Part shown: piece by piece, positions 35,303 to 47,536 of the stretch
Numbering within the stretch: the stretch's first letter is position 1
Layout of the letters: each line of letters opens with the position of its first letter
Assembly: GCA_038087875.1 (NCBI GenBank)
Contig: CM075996.1
Span: 9,860,001-9,924,000 of the forward strand
Direction of reading: 5' to 3'
Length of the DNA stretch: 64,000 bases
Source: Malacoraja senta
Lineage: Eukaryota
Notes under the pieces: model-generated
Told to the model about the DNA's origin: nothing
Database searches by the model: none
Seen by the model: only the letters and a program-made list of their open reading frames with translations
Position numbers and translations under genes: made by a program

Positions 35303-35620
35303 TTAGATTAGAGATACGGCGCGGAAACAGGCCCTTCGGCCCACCGCGTCCGCACCGACCAGCGATCCCCGCACATTAATACTACCCTACACACACTAGG
35401 GCCATTTTTTACATTTATACCAAGCCAATTAACCTACAAAGCTGTGCGTCTTTGGAGTGTGGGAGGAAACCGAAGATCTCTGAGAAAACCCACGCACGTC
35501 ATTGGGAGCACACACAAACTCCGTACAGCCAGCACCCATAGTCAGGATCGAACCTGGTTCTCTGGCGCTGTAAGGCAGCAACTCTACCGCGTAGGCTCTA
35601 CCGCTACGCCATCGTGCTGC
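35303..35620 (-). mobile_element. V-SINE (HE1-like)
   Basis: Family match. Confidence 0.88.
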
Positions 35621-35719
35621 CCACATTTTTAAAGTTTCCTTTAACCATTCTCAGCAGATTTTGGTATAGAGAGTTCCAACTATTCACTACCCTTTGCATG
35701 AAGAAATAACGGACTTTTT

Positions 35720-36043
35720 TTTGTTTAGTTTAGAGATACAGCGCGGAAACAGGCCCTTCAGCCCACCGGGTCTGCGCCTACCAGCGATCCCCGCACATTA
35801 ACGCTATTCTACACCCGCTAGGGACAATTTTTACATTTACCAAGCCAATTAAACCTTCATAACCTGTACGTCTTTGGAGTGCGGGAGGAAACCGAAGATC
35901 TCGGAGGAAACCCACGCAGATCACGGGGAGAACGTACAAACTCCGTACAGACAGCACCCGTAGTCGGGATTGAACCCGGGTCTCCAGTGCTGCATTCACT
36001 GTGAGGCAGCAACTCTACCGCCGTGCCACCGCGCCACTGCGCC
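35720..36043 (-). mobile_element. V-SINE (HE1-like)
   Basis: Family match. Confidence 0.88.
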
Positions 36044-36269
36044 ATCTTCTCTGAACAAGCTGGTTAGTTGCATCTTCTGGACACCTCCACCAGAGCAATT
36101 AGATTCTCTCTAGCTACTGTATCAAGGTCACTTTACCAACTTAAACATCTCATTAGATCAGCCCTTAATTTTCTAATCTCCAGGAAATAGAAACATTGTC
36201 CATTCAATGCATAAAGAAACTCTACTAGACTCATAGTTCTGGTGAGGCTGAGCTGCAAAACTTTGATTA

Positions 36270-36577
36270 TAAGACACAGCATGGAAACAGGCCCTTCAGC
36301 CCACTGAGTCCATGCCTACCATCGATCACCCATTCACACTAGATCTATGTTCGATTATTGAACATCCACTCCCTGCACACTAGGGGCAATTTACAGAGGG
36401 CCAATTAACCTACAAATCCACAGGTCTTTGGGATATGGGAAGGAAATGGAGCACCCGGAGAAAATCCACTCAGTCGCAGGGCGAACGTACAAACTCCACG
36501 CAGTCCCGAGGTCAGGGTCGAACCCGGGTCTCTGGCGCAGTGAAGCAGCAAGTCTACCCAGCTGCACCACTGCCACC
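36270..36577 (-). mobile_element. V-SINE (older subfamily)
   Basis: Family match. Confidence 0.8.
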
Positions 36578-37147
36578 CTCATTTTAAGGCCTGCATATCC
36601 CTCTATGAGGGTGTGGTGCCCAAACTGGATGTGGGATTCTTACTGGCAATGACCAAAACTCATTGTGACCAGAACATCCGATGAAAGCGCACAAACTGGA
36701 GGAACAGCAGCTTATATTCCGCTTGGGTAGCTTACAACCCAACTGTACGAAGGTTGAAATCTCCAGTTTTAGCTAACTACATATCCCCCACCCCCATATA
36801 CCCCCGCCCCCTCTTTCCCCTCTCTTCCCTGTGCCCCACCTCGTTAGGAGTCAAAGGTTACAGGGAGAAGGCATGAAAATTGGGTTATGAGGGAAAGATA
36901 GATCAGCCATGATTGAATGGTGGAGCAGACTCAATGGGCCAAATGGCCTAATTTTGCTCCGGTCTTATGTACTTATGACTCGCAGCTTCGTATTTCCCTC
37001 CTCCCTTTCCACCTCTATTCCTTCCTCTAGCTTCACAATTCGCAACCACTCATTTGTCTCACACGTGTCTCTTCATCTCTGGCCTTCGTCCAATTATCTG
37101 CCAATATAAAAACCCTCCTCACCTATTACCTGCCCGGCTTCATCCTA

Positions 37148-38075
37148 GGGGGCGCCGTCCTGTGTGGTATGGCTGCCCAGCCTGCAGCTGTCCGTTTTCA
37201 TCTTTTTTTAATTTTTAGTTAGTTAGTTGTTTTATTTTTTAGGAGTTCTATTCTTTTTTATGTGGGGGGTGGGGGGGGGAGGGGGAAACTACTTTCTAGG
37301 GTCCATACCTGGTCGGAGAGGCAGCTTTTCTCCGGGCTGCACTTTCGACCCGTCCTCGCGGCCTACCAGCGGGCCTGGAGCGGCGTTTCCTGATGGGACC
37401 GCCCAGAACCTCGGCTTCGGCGGCGGCACAGCACTGGAGCGCTATCGCGGAGCGGGCGATGCCTTGCCCGGGTTGCCGCGCTGGAGCTCCGGAATGCTGA
37501 GACCGCAGGTGAACATCGCGGAGCTGTGGGACTGTGGAGCGGCCAGCTGCGGGCGGCGGCACAGCGCTGGAGCGCTATCGCGGAGCGGGCGATGCCTTGC
37601 CCGGGTTGCCGCGCTGGAGCTCCGGTGAGCTGAGACCGCAGGTGAACATCGTGGAGCTGCGGGTCTGTGGAGCGGTCAGCTGCGGGCGGCGGCGCTGAAC
37701 CTTACATCGGGAGCCTGGGATCTCGCGACGAGATCGCCAGTGGTGGAGCTCCACCGAGCGCGGCCTGTCGGCTTCGGAAGCCGCGGACTCCGGTAGGGAG
37801 ACGGCCGTTCCAGGTGTCCCAAGCTGCTGAGAGGGTTCTCCCGATGCCAGAGCACCATCACCCGGCGAAGAAGGGCCTGTAACATCGGCCCCCGTAGCGG
37901 CGACTGTGGACGCCTATATAGGCCAGACTATGGGTGGACAAGGGGATATGGACTGGACTTTGTGCTATGTTAAATTTCTTTAATGTTGTGTCTATTTGTG
38001 CTGCATGGCAAGAACAAATTTCACTACACCATTTGGTGTATGTGACAATAAATGTCCTTTGTGCTTTGTCCTTTG
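37148..38075 (+). mobile_element. Apparently full-length GC-rich non-autonomous retroelement with ~133-bp internal duplication
   Basis: Starts GGGGCGCCG, ends stem-loop plus GACAATAAA and (GTCCTTT)n; duplication 37419-37551 / 37552-37683; sits inside a Penelope 3' UTR. Confidence 0.75.
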
Positions 38076-38499
38076 TTGTCCTTCTCTCTTCCAGTTTCCA
38101 TCTCCCTTCACCCCTACACATTGTCTGAAGAAGGGTCACGACCCGAAACGTCTCCTATCTATATTCTCCAGAGATGCTGCCTGACCCGCTGAGTTACTCC
38201 AGCACCTTGTGTCTGTGAAAGTAAGAATTTCTTTGTTCAAATCCGAATGACAATTAACACTGATTGGAAGCCTGAGGGTTGGATAATCTGACTTTGGGGT
38301 TAGTTTATTGTCACGTGTACCGAGGTACAGTGAAAACCATTTGTTACGTGCTAACCAGTCAGAGGAAAGACTATCTATGATTACAATCGAGCCGTCCGCA
38401 GTGTACAGATACATGATGAAGGGAAAAACCTGAAGAACATTTAGTGGAAGATAAAGTCCAGTGAAGTCCGATTAGAGATAGTCTGAGGGTCGGCAATGA

Positions 38500-38750
38500 G
38501 GTCGTGGTGGTGCAGCGGTATAGTTGCTGCCTAACTGCAAAATACAGCGCCAGACCCAGGTTCGATCCCGACTACGGGTGCTGTCTGGACGGAGTTTGTA
38601 CGTTCTCCCCGTGACCTGCGTGGGTTTTCTCCGAGATCTTCGGTCTCCTCCCACATTCCAAAGACGCACAGGTTTGTAGGTTAATTAGCTTGGTAAATGT
38701 AAAAAATTGTCCAGTATAAAATTGTCCAAATTCCAGTTTAGTCCCTGGTG
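38500..38750 (+). mobile_element. V-SINE, 3'-truncated
   Basis: Family match. Confidence 0.8.
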
Positions 38751-39147
38751 AAATCTTCGGAAGGTACAAGCTCCAATGATGGTTAGATTGTAGGTGAAGA
38801 TAAACAGACCCACGTCAAGAATGGAAACACTAAAATACCATCATCGAGTGATGCAGCATGGAAAGGTCATTCAGTCCATCACATTCATGTGACCAGCAGG
38901 CACCCAGCAATATGTGGCCCATCTTCCACACTTGGCCAATGGCCTTCCATTCCTTCTAACCCTCAGTGATTCAAGTGCTCATCTAATTGCTGTCAGCAAC
39001 TCTCCTACCACCATCCTATATTAAAGGATAGACACAAAAAGCTGGAGTAACTCAGCGGGTCAGGCAATGGAGGAAAGGATTAGGTGGCGTTTCAGGACGA
39101 GACCCTTCTTCAGGGGAAAGTCAGGGGAAAGAGAAATGAGAGAGATA

Positions 39148-39409
39148 GATGGTGATACATAGAGATATAGAACAAATGAATGAGAGATATAGATGGTGAT
39201 ACATAGAGATATAGAACAAATGAATGAAAGATATAGATGGTGATACATAGAGATATAGAACAAATGAATGAAAGATATAGATGGTGATACATAGAGATAT
39301 AGAACAAATGAATGAGAGATATAGATGGTGATACATAGAGATATAGAACAAATGAATGAGAGATATAGATGGTGACACATAGAGATATAGAACAAATGAA
39401 TGAAAGATA
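39148..39409. repeat. 44-bp minisatellite, 6 copies, within a minus-strand Penelope 3' UTR
   Basis: Units start at 39148, 39192, 39236, 39280, 39324, 39368. Confidence 0.95.
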
Positions 39410-39523
39410 TGCAAAAAGTAACAATGATCTCGGAAAGGTGGAGCTCACAATAATCCATTGTTAGCCATGGGCTAGGTGATAACAAGTTATATAGACAGTG
39501 AAACTCAACAGGATGACAGAGAT

Positions 39524-40254
39524 CAGGGGGCGGAAATCACTATCAAAACATGGAGGGGACACAATTTCTTGGTGGACGTACGCGCATGCGCTCACACTCA
39601 CACGCGAGGCTTCGGCCGTGGGCCCTATGGACGGTAACATCGGGGACTGACCTGGTTGGTGACCGACTCCGAACTCCAGCAACAGCAGCTTCGTCTGCCC
39701 TGAATCGTGGGGCTTCGCGGGGCCTTTCATCGCCCGGCGTGGCTTAAAGTCGGCCGTGGGATCTTCCATCGCCCAGCGGGGGCTTCAACATCGGGAGCCT
39801 CGATCGCCTCGACGCAGCAATTTAACCACGGGGCGCTGGAAGATTTTAAGCCGTGCCGGGCCAGGCGATGAAAGGCCCCGCGAACGGGCCAGTTCAAGCT
39901 CCGCTCTATGATCTTTGCTCCACCGGGACTTCTCCCTCCTCCAAACACCACGCTCTATCCTCAGTCCCACCCCTCTACTTCCGCCCCTGACAGACACCTC
40001 CCTCCTCCAATCATCGCGCTGAATCATCATGCCCCTCCCCCACTGCCTGCTGACCGACGTCTCTCTCGTCCAATCGGCGCCTTCGATCATCAGTCCCACC
40101 CCCACTGTCTCGCGGAAAGCGGAGATATTTAATCGATTTTTTTTCACCAAATTTCAAAATCCAGATTACAAAACATGGGGGGGGGGGGTCGTCCCCCACC
40201 TCTCAAAACATGGAGGGGATGTGTCCCCCCTCTGCCCCCCACGGGATTTCTCCG
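39524..40254. mobile_element. Possible hAT-like non-autonomous DNA element
   Basis: Starts CAGGGGGCGGAAATC, ends GGGATTTCTCCG (imperfect TIR); CAGAGAT on both flanks; TCAAAACATGGAGGGGA near both ends. Confidence 0.45.
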
Positions 40255-40328
40255 TCAGAGATACTAGTTAACACAGCCCACATCCAACAATGGACCATAT
40301 CTATATCTCACATTGTCAGACTCTCAGT

Positions 40329-40356
40329 CTGAAGAAGGGTCTCGACCCGAAACGTC
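40329..40356 (+). ncRNA. Penelope-type minimal hammerhead ribozyme motif (representative intact core)
   Basis: CUGAAGA-A-GGGUC-UC-GACCC-GAAA-CG-UC; identical core at 50960-50987. Confidence 0.75.
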
Positions 40357-40731
40357 ATCTATTCCTTTTCTCCAGAGATGCTGCCTGTCCCGTTGAGTTA
40401 CTCCAGCTTTTTGTGTCTATCTTCGGTTTAAACCACCATCAGCAAGTCCTTCCTACACAGCATATTCCATGAATTTATCTCTTTCCAGCTGTAAAAGGTT
40501 CTCCACTGAGCCCATTCTAAATCACTTACACCTTGTCCTAAATCTGTGTCCTCCAGTGTGATATCCCTCTGCTGTGGAACATAGCTTCCTGCAGTCTAAC
40601 CATTTATAATGTACGTAGAATAATCATGTCCCCTGTTAACAGCCTGTGCTCCAGGCAAAACACACCTAGCCTCTAACTCCGGTTCTCCTCCTCCATCCCA
40701 GGCAACGTCCCAGTTTATGTGCAAACACCTT

Positions 40732-41255
40732 GGGTGGCGCGACGGCAGAGTTGCTGCCTCACAGCGCCAGAGACTCGGCTTTGATCCTGACTACGGGAGC
40801 TGTCTGTACGGTGTTTGTACGTTCTCCCCCTAACCTGCGTGGGTTTTCTCCGGGTTCTTCCCACACTCCAAAGACCTACTAAAGCCTAATTGTCTGGTAA
40901 ATTGTCCAGGATAGGATAATTTACCAGACGTAGGATAGCGTTAAGGGCCTGTCCCACTTGGGCGTCATTTGCGCGTAATTTACGCGACATCATTTACGCG
41001 TCACGCGTCACGACGCGCGTGTCTTGCTGCGCACGTGATGCGCGCATGGCGTGCATTACGCGCGCATGGTGTGTGGTGACGTAGGCAGTGATGTGCAGTC
41101 GCCCCAGGATTTTGGGATATACAAAATCTTCATGCGCCATCTGCGTGACGTGCAAATGACGCCGAAGTGGGACAGGCCCTTTAGTGTGTGGGGATCGCTG
41201 GTCGGCACGAGCTCGGGCCAGAGGGCATGTTTCCACGCTGTATCTCTAAACTAAA
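40732..41255 (+). mobile_element. V-SINE split by a Harbinger MITE
   Basis: SINE continues across the TTA TSD. Confidence 0.82.
40944..41180. mobile_element. PIF/Harbinger-type MITE
   Basis: Perfect 16-bp TIR AGGGCCTGTCCCACTT; TTA TSD. Confidence 0.9.
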
Positions 41256-41574
41256 TAGAAGACTGACCTGTGACCTTTTGTACTGATCCATTGGGCTTTG
41301 TGGGGATTACTCCTCCTTCAACAATTCACATTTCTCTGTTGCTCTCCTCGCCAGCCTCCATCTACCTCCTCAACTCTCCTGTGGCACAAAGTCCTGTATG
41401 TCCCAACCTGGCCTTGTCTTTCCTCATGTTCGAAAATCTTTAAGTAGACACAAATACTCCAGCATTTTGTGTCTATCTTCAAATGACGTCACGCGCTCCA
41501 GACGACTGTGCGGACGCATGATGACGCTCGCAACCGGCCTGTCGAGTAAATGACGGCCAAGTGGGACAGGCCCT

Positions 41575-41742
41575 TAACTCAGCGGGACCGGCAGCATCTC
41601 TGGAGAGAAGCAATGGGTGACGTTTCGTGTCGAGACTCTTCTTCAGTCTGAAGAAGGGCCTCGTCCCGAAACGTCACCCATTGCTTCTCTCCAGAGATGC
41701 TGCCGGTCCCGCTGAGTTACTCCAGCATTTTGTGTCTATCTT
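41575..41742. mobile_element. Palindromic Penelope-derived hammerhead pair
   Basis: Inverted arms about CTTCAGTCTGAAG; left arm cut by a MITE end at 41574. Confidence 0.8.
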
Positions 41743-41878
41743 CAATCGTCTTGGCCCCGCTCTGGGAGTAGGTGGTGGATCCGGATCCGCAACGGCCGTG
41801 AGCCCCAGGCCGAGCTCGGCGATCGTTTGCCTGCTTCTGCTGCTGTTGGAGGTGAGAAGTTGCGTCGCGCCCGAGTCT

Positions 41879-42115
41879 TGGGCCTGTTCCACTTTGGCCG
41901 TCAGTTACGCGACACGGCCAGTGGTGCGCGAAGATTTCGTGCAGGACGAAGTCCACACTCTTCCACACCACTCCACACTCCTCCACTCCACTCCACACTC
42001 CTCAACACCACTCCATGCACCCATCCCGCGCTACCCACACGTTACCCACATGCTACCCACATGCTAGCAGGTCGCTTAAATGGCGTGCGAATGACGGCCA
42101 AATAGGACAGGCCCT
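41879..42115. mobile_element. PIF/Harbinger-type MITE (diverged)
   Basis: GGGCCTGTTCCACTT ... ATAGGACAGGCCCT followed by TAA. Confidence 0.7.
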
Positions 42116-42194
42116 TAACTCAGCAGGTGAGGCAGCATCTCTAGAGAGAAGGAATAGGCAAAGTTTCAGGTCGAGACCGTTCTTCAGACTGAAG

Positions 42195-42530
42195 GTAGAC
42201 AGAAAAACTGGAATATCTCAGTGGGTCAGGCAGCATCAATGGAACGAAGGAATAGGCCACGTTTCATGTCGAGACCCTTCTTCAGACTGAAGTCAGGGGA
42301 GGGGGCGGGACAAAGATAGAATGTAGGCGGAGACAGTAAGTGGTGGGAGAACTGGGAAGGGGAAGGGATGGAGAGGGAAATCAAGGGCTATCTGAAGTTA
42401 GAGAAGTCAATGTTCACATCACTGGGGTGTAAACTACCCAAGATAAATATGAGGTGCTGTTCCTCCAATTTGCGCTGGGCCTCACTCTGACAATGGAGGA
42501 GGTCGGATTGGGAATGGGAGAGGGAGTGCT
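42195..42530 (-). mobile_element. Penelope-like 3' fragment
   Basis: Reverse complement of the GIY-YIG end, UTR and hammerhead. Confidence 0.82.
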
Positions 42531-43209
42531 GACCTACATCCTTATTCTCAATTCATCCGTGGACTGATCCCCTCCCATAAACCCATCTTTGCCGACCGCA
42601 CACCCAGGTTACTGTGGTGGCTGTGCCTTGAGGCCCAAAACTCCAAAAATTCACCTCCCTACATCGGTCTGCATCTTCCTGCATTACGATGGTCATTACG
42701 CACTAATTCTTTGAGAAAGCTTCCAGTCTTGAGACCCTCTTAGGTGTCTAAGTGTCAAGTTTTCATGAATAAAGTTCCTGTGAAGAGTCTGGCATATTAT
42801 ACTGCCACAGGCGGCTGTGGGGGCCAAGTCAATGGATATTACTTGGACGGAGATTGACTGATTCCTGATTAGTACGGGTGTCAGGGGTTATGGGGAGAAG
42901 GCAGGAAAATGGGGTTGAGTGGGAAAGAGATCAGCCAAGATTGAATGGCGGAGTAGACTTGATGGGCCGAATGGCCGAATTCTTCTCCTCTAACCTATGA
43001 GCTTGTGCATTAGTGCTGCTGCACAAATGCAAGCTGCTATGATTGTTGACCACATGTCCTATCAATGGTGAAGCAAACGCAGAAAATGGAACAATCCCAG
43101 GCAGAGGCTCCAAGCTCAGGTAATGAGAGGGAGGTCACAATGGGAAGAAGCAAATTCATGCCAACTGAGAGACCAACAATTAACCAACACCCTAGGAATG
43201 TGGTTGGAC

Positions 43210-43508
43210 CTTAGAGATACGCCATGGAAACAGGCCCTTCGGCCCACTGAGTCCGTGCTGACCAACGATCATCCTGTGCACTCTATCCTACACACTAGGG
43301 ACAATTTACAATTTCCAGAAGCCAATCAGCCTACAAACCTGCACATCTATGGAGGGTGGGAGGAAACCAGAGCGAGCACCCGGAGAAAACCCACACGGTC
43401 ACAGGAAGAACGTACAAACTCAACGCAGACAGCACCCGTGGTCAGGATTGAACCCTGGTCTCTGGCGCTGCAAGGCAACAGCTCTACCGCTGCGCCACTG
43501 TGCCACCC
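43210..43508 (-). mobile_element. V-SINE (HE1-like)
   Basis: Family match. Confidence 0.85.
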
Positions 43509-43519
43509 GGGTTATTGCC

Positions 43520-43925
<406 letters not shown>

Positions 43926-44505
43926 AAGAAAGGGGCAAAGTTTAAAGGAGTTGTGGAGGGCAAGTTTGATTTCCCAGACAGTGTGGGTGGCTGGAACATG
44001 CTGCGAGGAGTGGCAGTGGAGGCAGACATAGTGCCATTGAAGGCACATGGATATGCAGGGTAGAGAGATATGGATCATGTGCAGAGGAGGCTAGTTTAGC
44101 CTGACAACACATTCAGCTCGGGCATTGTGGGTTGAAGGGCCATTCCTGTGCTGTCCTGTTCTATTTTCTAAGTTCATGGTGAAAAATTAGATTCAGTACT
44201 CGACGAAACTCATTGCCTCTCTCCTATTTGCATATCCATAGAGTTCGCAGTGTGAGATTGAGCTGAAAATGAGCTCTCATCAGTTGTCGAGAGCTGCTGT
44301 TTTCACACCAAGTAATGCAATAATCCCGAGTTGTGGCGGCTGTCGGCTCATTTAGATCTGTGGATCTCCACGGTTTAAGTGTTGCTTGTGCTGCTTCGTT
44401 TCAGTAATGAGCTGACGCTCATTATTGAAACACATCAGAGGATTTACTGGCCCGAGACGAGCAGGAAACAGAGTATCGCAAAGAAGCAGTCCGAAAGAAA
44501 AGTCA

Positions 44506-44661
44506 AGGGCCTGTCCCACTTACGCGATTTTTTTTCGGCGACTTGCCGGCACCCGGCATACTCGCAGCAGGTCGCCGAAAATTTTCAACATGTTGTAACC
44601 TGTTCGACTCTGCCGGGTGCCGGCAGTCGCCGAGAAAAATCGCGTAAGTGGGGCAGACCCT
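44506..44661. mobile_element. PIF/Harbinger-type MITE (short, largely palindromic)
   Basis: AGGGCCTGTCCCACTTACGCG ... CGCGTAAGTGGGGCAGACCCT. Confidence 0.8.
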
Positions 44662-44884
44662 TGAGGCCTACGAGAGAGCAACTGATGCAAGCACAGAGGG
44701 GAAAGAGAAGACGCACACGGAAAGAGAAAGAAAGTGAGGGAAAATAACAGGAACGGAGTTGACACTCAGCCATCTTGGAACTCACAGTAATATTGCACAG
44801 TGCAATGGGATTGCTTCATTTCCTGTCAATATTATTTCATCATACTTTTATCATTATCTCATTTTTTTGTATTCAATTTATTCT

Positions 44885-45235
44885 CATAGAGGTGTATAAA
44901 ATCATTGAGAGGAATAGATCGGGTAGATGCACAGAGTCTCTTGCCCAGAGTAGGGAAATCGAGGACCAGAGGACGTAGGTTCAAGGTGAAGGGGAAAAGA
45001 TTTAATCTGGAATCTGAGGGGTAACTTTTTCACACAAAGGATGGTGGGTGTATGGAACGAGCTGCCAGAGGAGGTAGTTGAGGCTGGGACTAGAATTAGT
45101 CCCAGTCTCAAGAAACAGTTAGACAGGTACATGGATAGGGCAGGTTTGGAGGGATGTGGGCCAAACGCAGGCAGGTGGGACCAGTGCAGCTGGGACATGT
45201 GGGGCAGTGTGGGCTAGTTGGGCTGGTCTGGGCTA
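44885..45235 (+). mobile_element. CR1-clade 3' fragment
   Basis: IEVYKI.RGIDRVDAQSLLP...VGVWNELPEEVVEAG. Confidence 0.85.
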
Positions 45236-45291
45236 GTTGGCACTGTATAAGGAAAAAACTATCATCTTTGTTTCACGTTGTATCACTCTAT

Positions 45292-45597
45292 CTCTGCGTT
45301 GGATTGCAACCTTGTCATGGTCGGGGAGCTTGTGTGTCTCAGTGACCCCTAGAGCTATGCCAGCGGGAGATTCGTCTCCTGTTAGGGTCTCCCATGCTGG
45401 ACAGTTCGAAGAGTAGAGGTGAGATGAAGAGAGATCCACTGGTCCTCCAGGTTGGGGGTTGTGCACAGGGTTAACAACCCTGTCTCATAAAACAAATATG
45501 TTACGGAAACAGCAACTGAAGGAATCCACAGGAGTGGAGGACCTTCGTTGCTGACCTACATGCCAGGAGGCATAATAGGCAGTAAGTAAGTAAATAA
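45292..45597 (+). mobile_element. Bipartite RTE-derived non-autonomous element (5' UTR fused to 3' tail)
   Basis: 12-bp TSD GTATCACTCTAT; 5' CCTTGTCATGG..GGGGAGCTTG resembles RTE (BovB/Rex3) 5' UTRs as recalled; 3' WRTFVA.L-like remnant and (AGTA)n tail. Confidence 0.75.
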
Positions 45598-46354
45598 GTA
45601 TCACTCTATGACTATGACTATCTTAGCTCTTAAAGATAGCGGAGTCAAGGGATATGGGGAGAAGGCAGGAACGGGGCACTGATTGGGGATGATCAGCCAT
45701 GATTACAGTGAATGGCGGTGCTGGCGTGAAGGGCCAAATGGCCTACTCGTGCACCTATTGTCTATTGTGTATTGATAGGCAGGGAATAAAATCACAAGCC
45801 AAGAGAAGTAGGTTTGATTAGCCAATGTGGAAGAAGTCCATAGACACCAAGGAACATGTCTTTTCCTGTACCTGCGCAGTTTAATTCAATGCATTTTCAG
45901 TTCTGGATTCCTATCAGTTGGACATTGGAGGTCACACCAGGAGCTGATAATTCCCCATGACAATATTCCAACAAAACCCTACTTTACCACTTGCCCCCTC
46001 TGCGGCATTAATAAAAAAGGTCCAACTATGGACCATTGTGGCCTCCAGCCTTCCTTGATCATCGTTGCGTTTTGCATATCGTTCATTCAGTTATTCTATG
46101 TACCTTCTCTTGTTTCCCTTTCCCCTGACTCTCAGTTTGTAGAAGGGTCACGACCCAAAACGTCACCTGTTCCTTTGCTCCAGAGGTGGTGCCTGACTTG
46201 CTGAGTTACTCCAGCTTTTTGTGTCTATCCTGGTGAGTCTCTTCTGCTCTCTTTCTAACTTAACATTCTTGCAACAGCAATAACTATCTTTGGTGTAAAC
46301 CAGCATCTGCAGTTCCTTCCTTCACATTCTCAACATTTTGTCATCTGCCCCTTA

Positions 46355-46647
46355 AGGGCCTGTCCCACTTACGCAACTTTTTCGGCGACTGCCGGCACCC
46401 GTCATAGGTCGCCGAAAAATTTCAACATGTTTTCCACTTTTCAACATGTCGAAAATCCAGCGGTGACCAGAAAGACGCTACGACTCTTTGGGCGACTGAG
46501 GAGACTACTCATGACCGTACAGGCGACACCCTGGCGACAGGGTGAAGCCCTGTATGGTCGTGAGTAGTCGCCCAAAGTGTCGTACCTTGTTCTGGTCGCT
46601 GCTGGATTTTCGACATGTTGAAAAGTGGCGTAAGTGGGACAGGCCCA
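46355..46647. mobile_element. PIF/Harbinger-type MITE
   Basis: Family TIRs and TTA TSD on both sides. Confidence 0.88.
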
Positions 46648-47199
46648 TTACTAGTCGTGATTCTGATCTATAACCAGGCTAAATCAGGTCAAGTGCAAAC
46701 CTCTTGAAATGAATTCAACGCTTGCTTCCAGAGGAATGAAGAAGGGACTACTTCAAAACAAGTCAGAATTTCAACAATGACGAAGCCATTATGTGACCAA
46801 GAAATAATCTAGGTCCTTCCGTCATTCTGTTAGTTTCCAATACTGAAGCACCCTCATCAACACAGCTTGGAGCCACTCTCACTAATGAACCACAGTAATT
46901 GAAGAGGAACTTGGAAACGGGCTGTGAATGCCGACATTGCCATTGATCCCAACACATGAATAAATATAAACAAAGTGGCATTCAGGCTTACTCCAAGCAG
47001 ACTCCTTATGGTGCTTCAGATACTGAGTGAACCATCCCTCCAACATCCTCTGTTGTTCAATGCATTTAGTAAATGGATTCATTTATTCTTGGATTCTTTC
47101 CACAAAGCTTAAACTAAACTTGTATCAAATTTGCCCAGCCTTTCAACATAGAAATATTTCTACCACATCCTGTCAGCCTTTCAAGAAAATAGACTCAAA

Positions 47200-47536
47200 A
47201 TTGTTCCAGGTGCGACAGAGGGTCACCTGCACCTCCTCCAACCTCATCTATTGCATCCGCTGCTTTAGATGTCAGCTGATCTACATCGGTGAGACCAAGC
47301 GTAGGCTTGGCGATCGCTTCGCCCAACACCTCCGCTCGGTCCGCAATAACCAACCAGATCTCCCGGTGGCTCAGCACTTCAACTCCCCCTCCCATTCCGA
47401 ATCCGACCTTTCTGTCCTGGGCCTCCTCCATGGCCAGAGTGAGGACCACCGTAAATTGGAGGAGCAGCACCTCATATTTCGCTTGGGCAGTTTACACCCC
47501 AGTGGTATGAACATTGACTTCTCCAATTTCAGGTAG
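47200..47536 (+). CDS. Penelope GIY-YIG endonuclease domain (truncated ORF)
   Basis: TCTSSNLIYCIRC..C.LIYIGETKRRLGDRFAQH...VAQHFN...RKLEEQHLIFRLGSLHPSGMN. Confidence 0.9.

Noticed and set aside
39148..39409. CRISPR-like array
   Set aside because: Head-to-tail 44-bp units with no unique spacers, no cas genes, eukaryotic context
47027..47199. N-terminal part of the 169-aa ORF
   Set aside because: Only the part from about 47200 resembles GIY-YIG; upstream is flanking DNA that happens to be open
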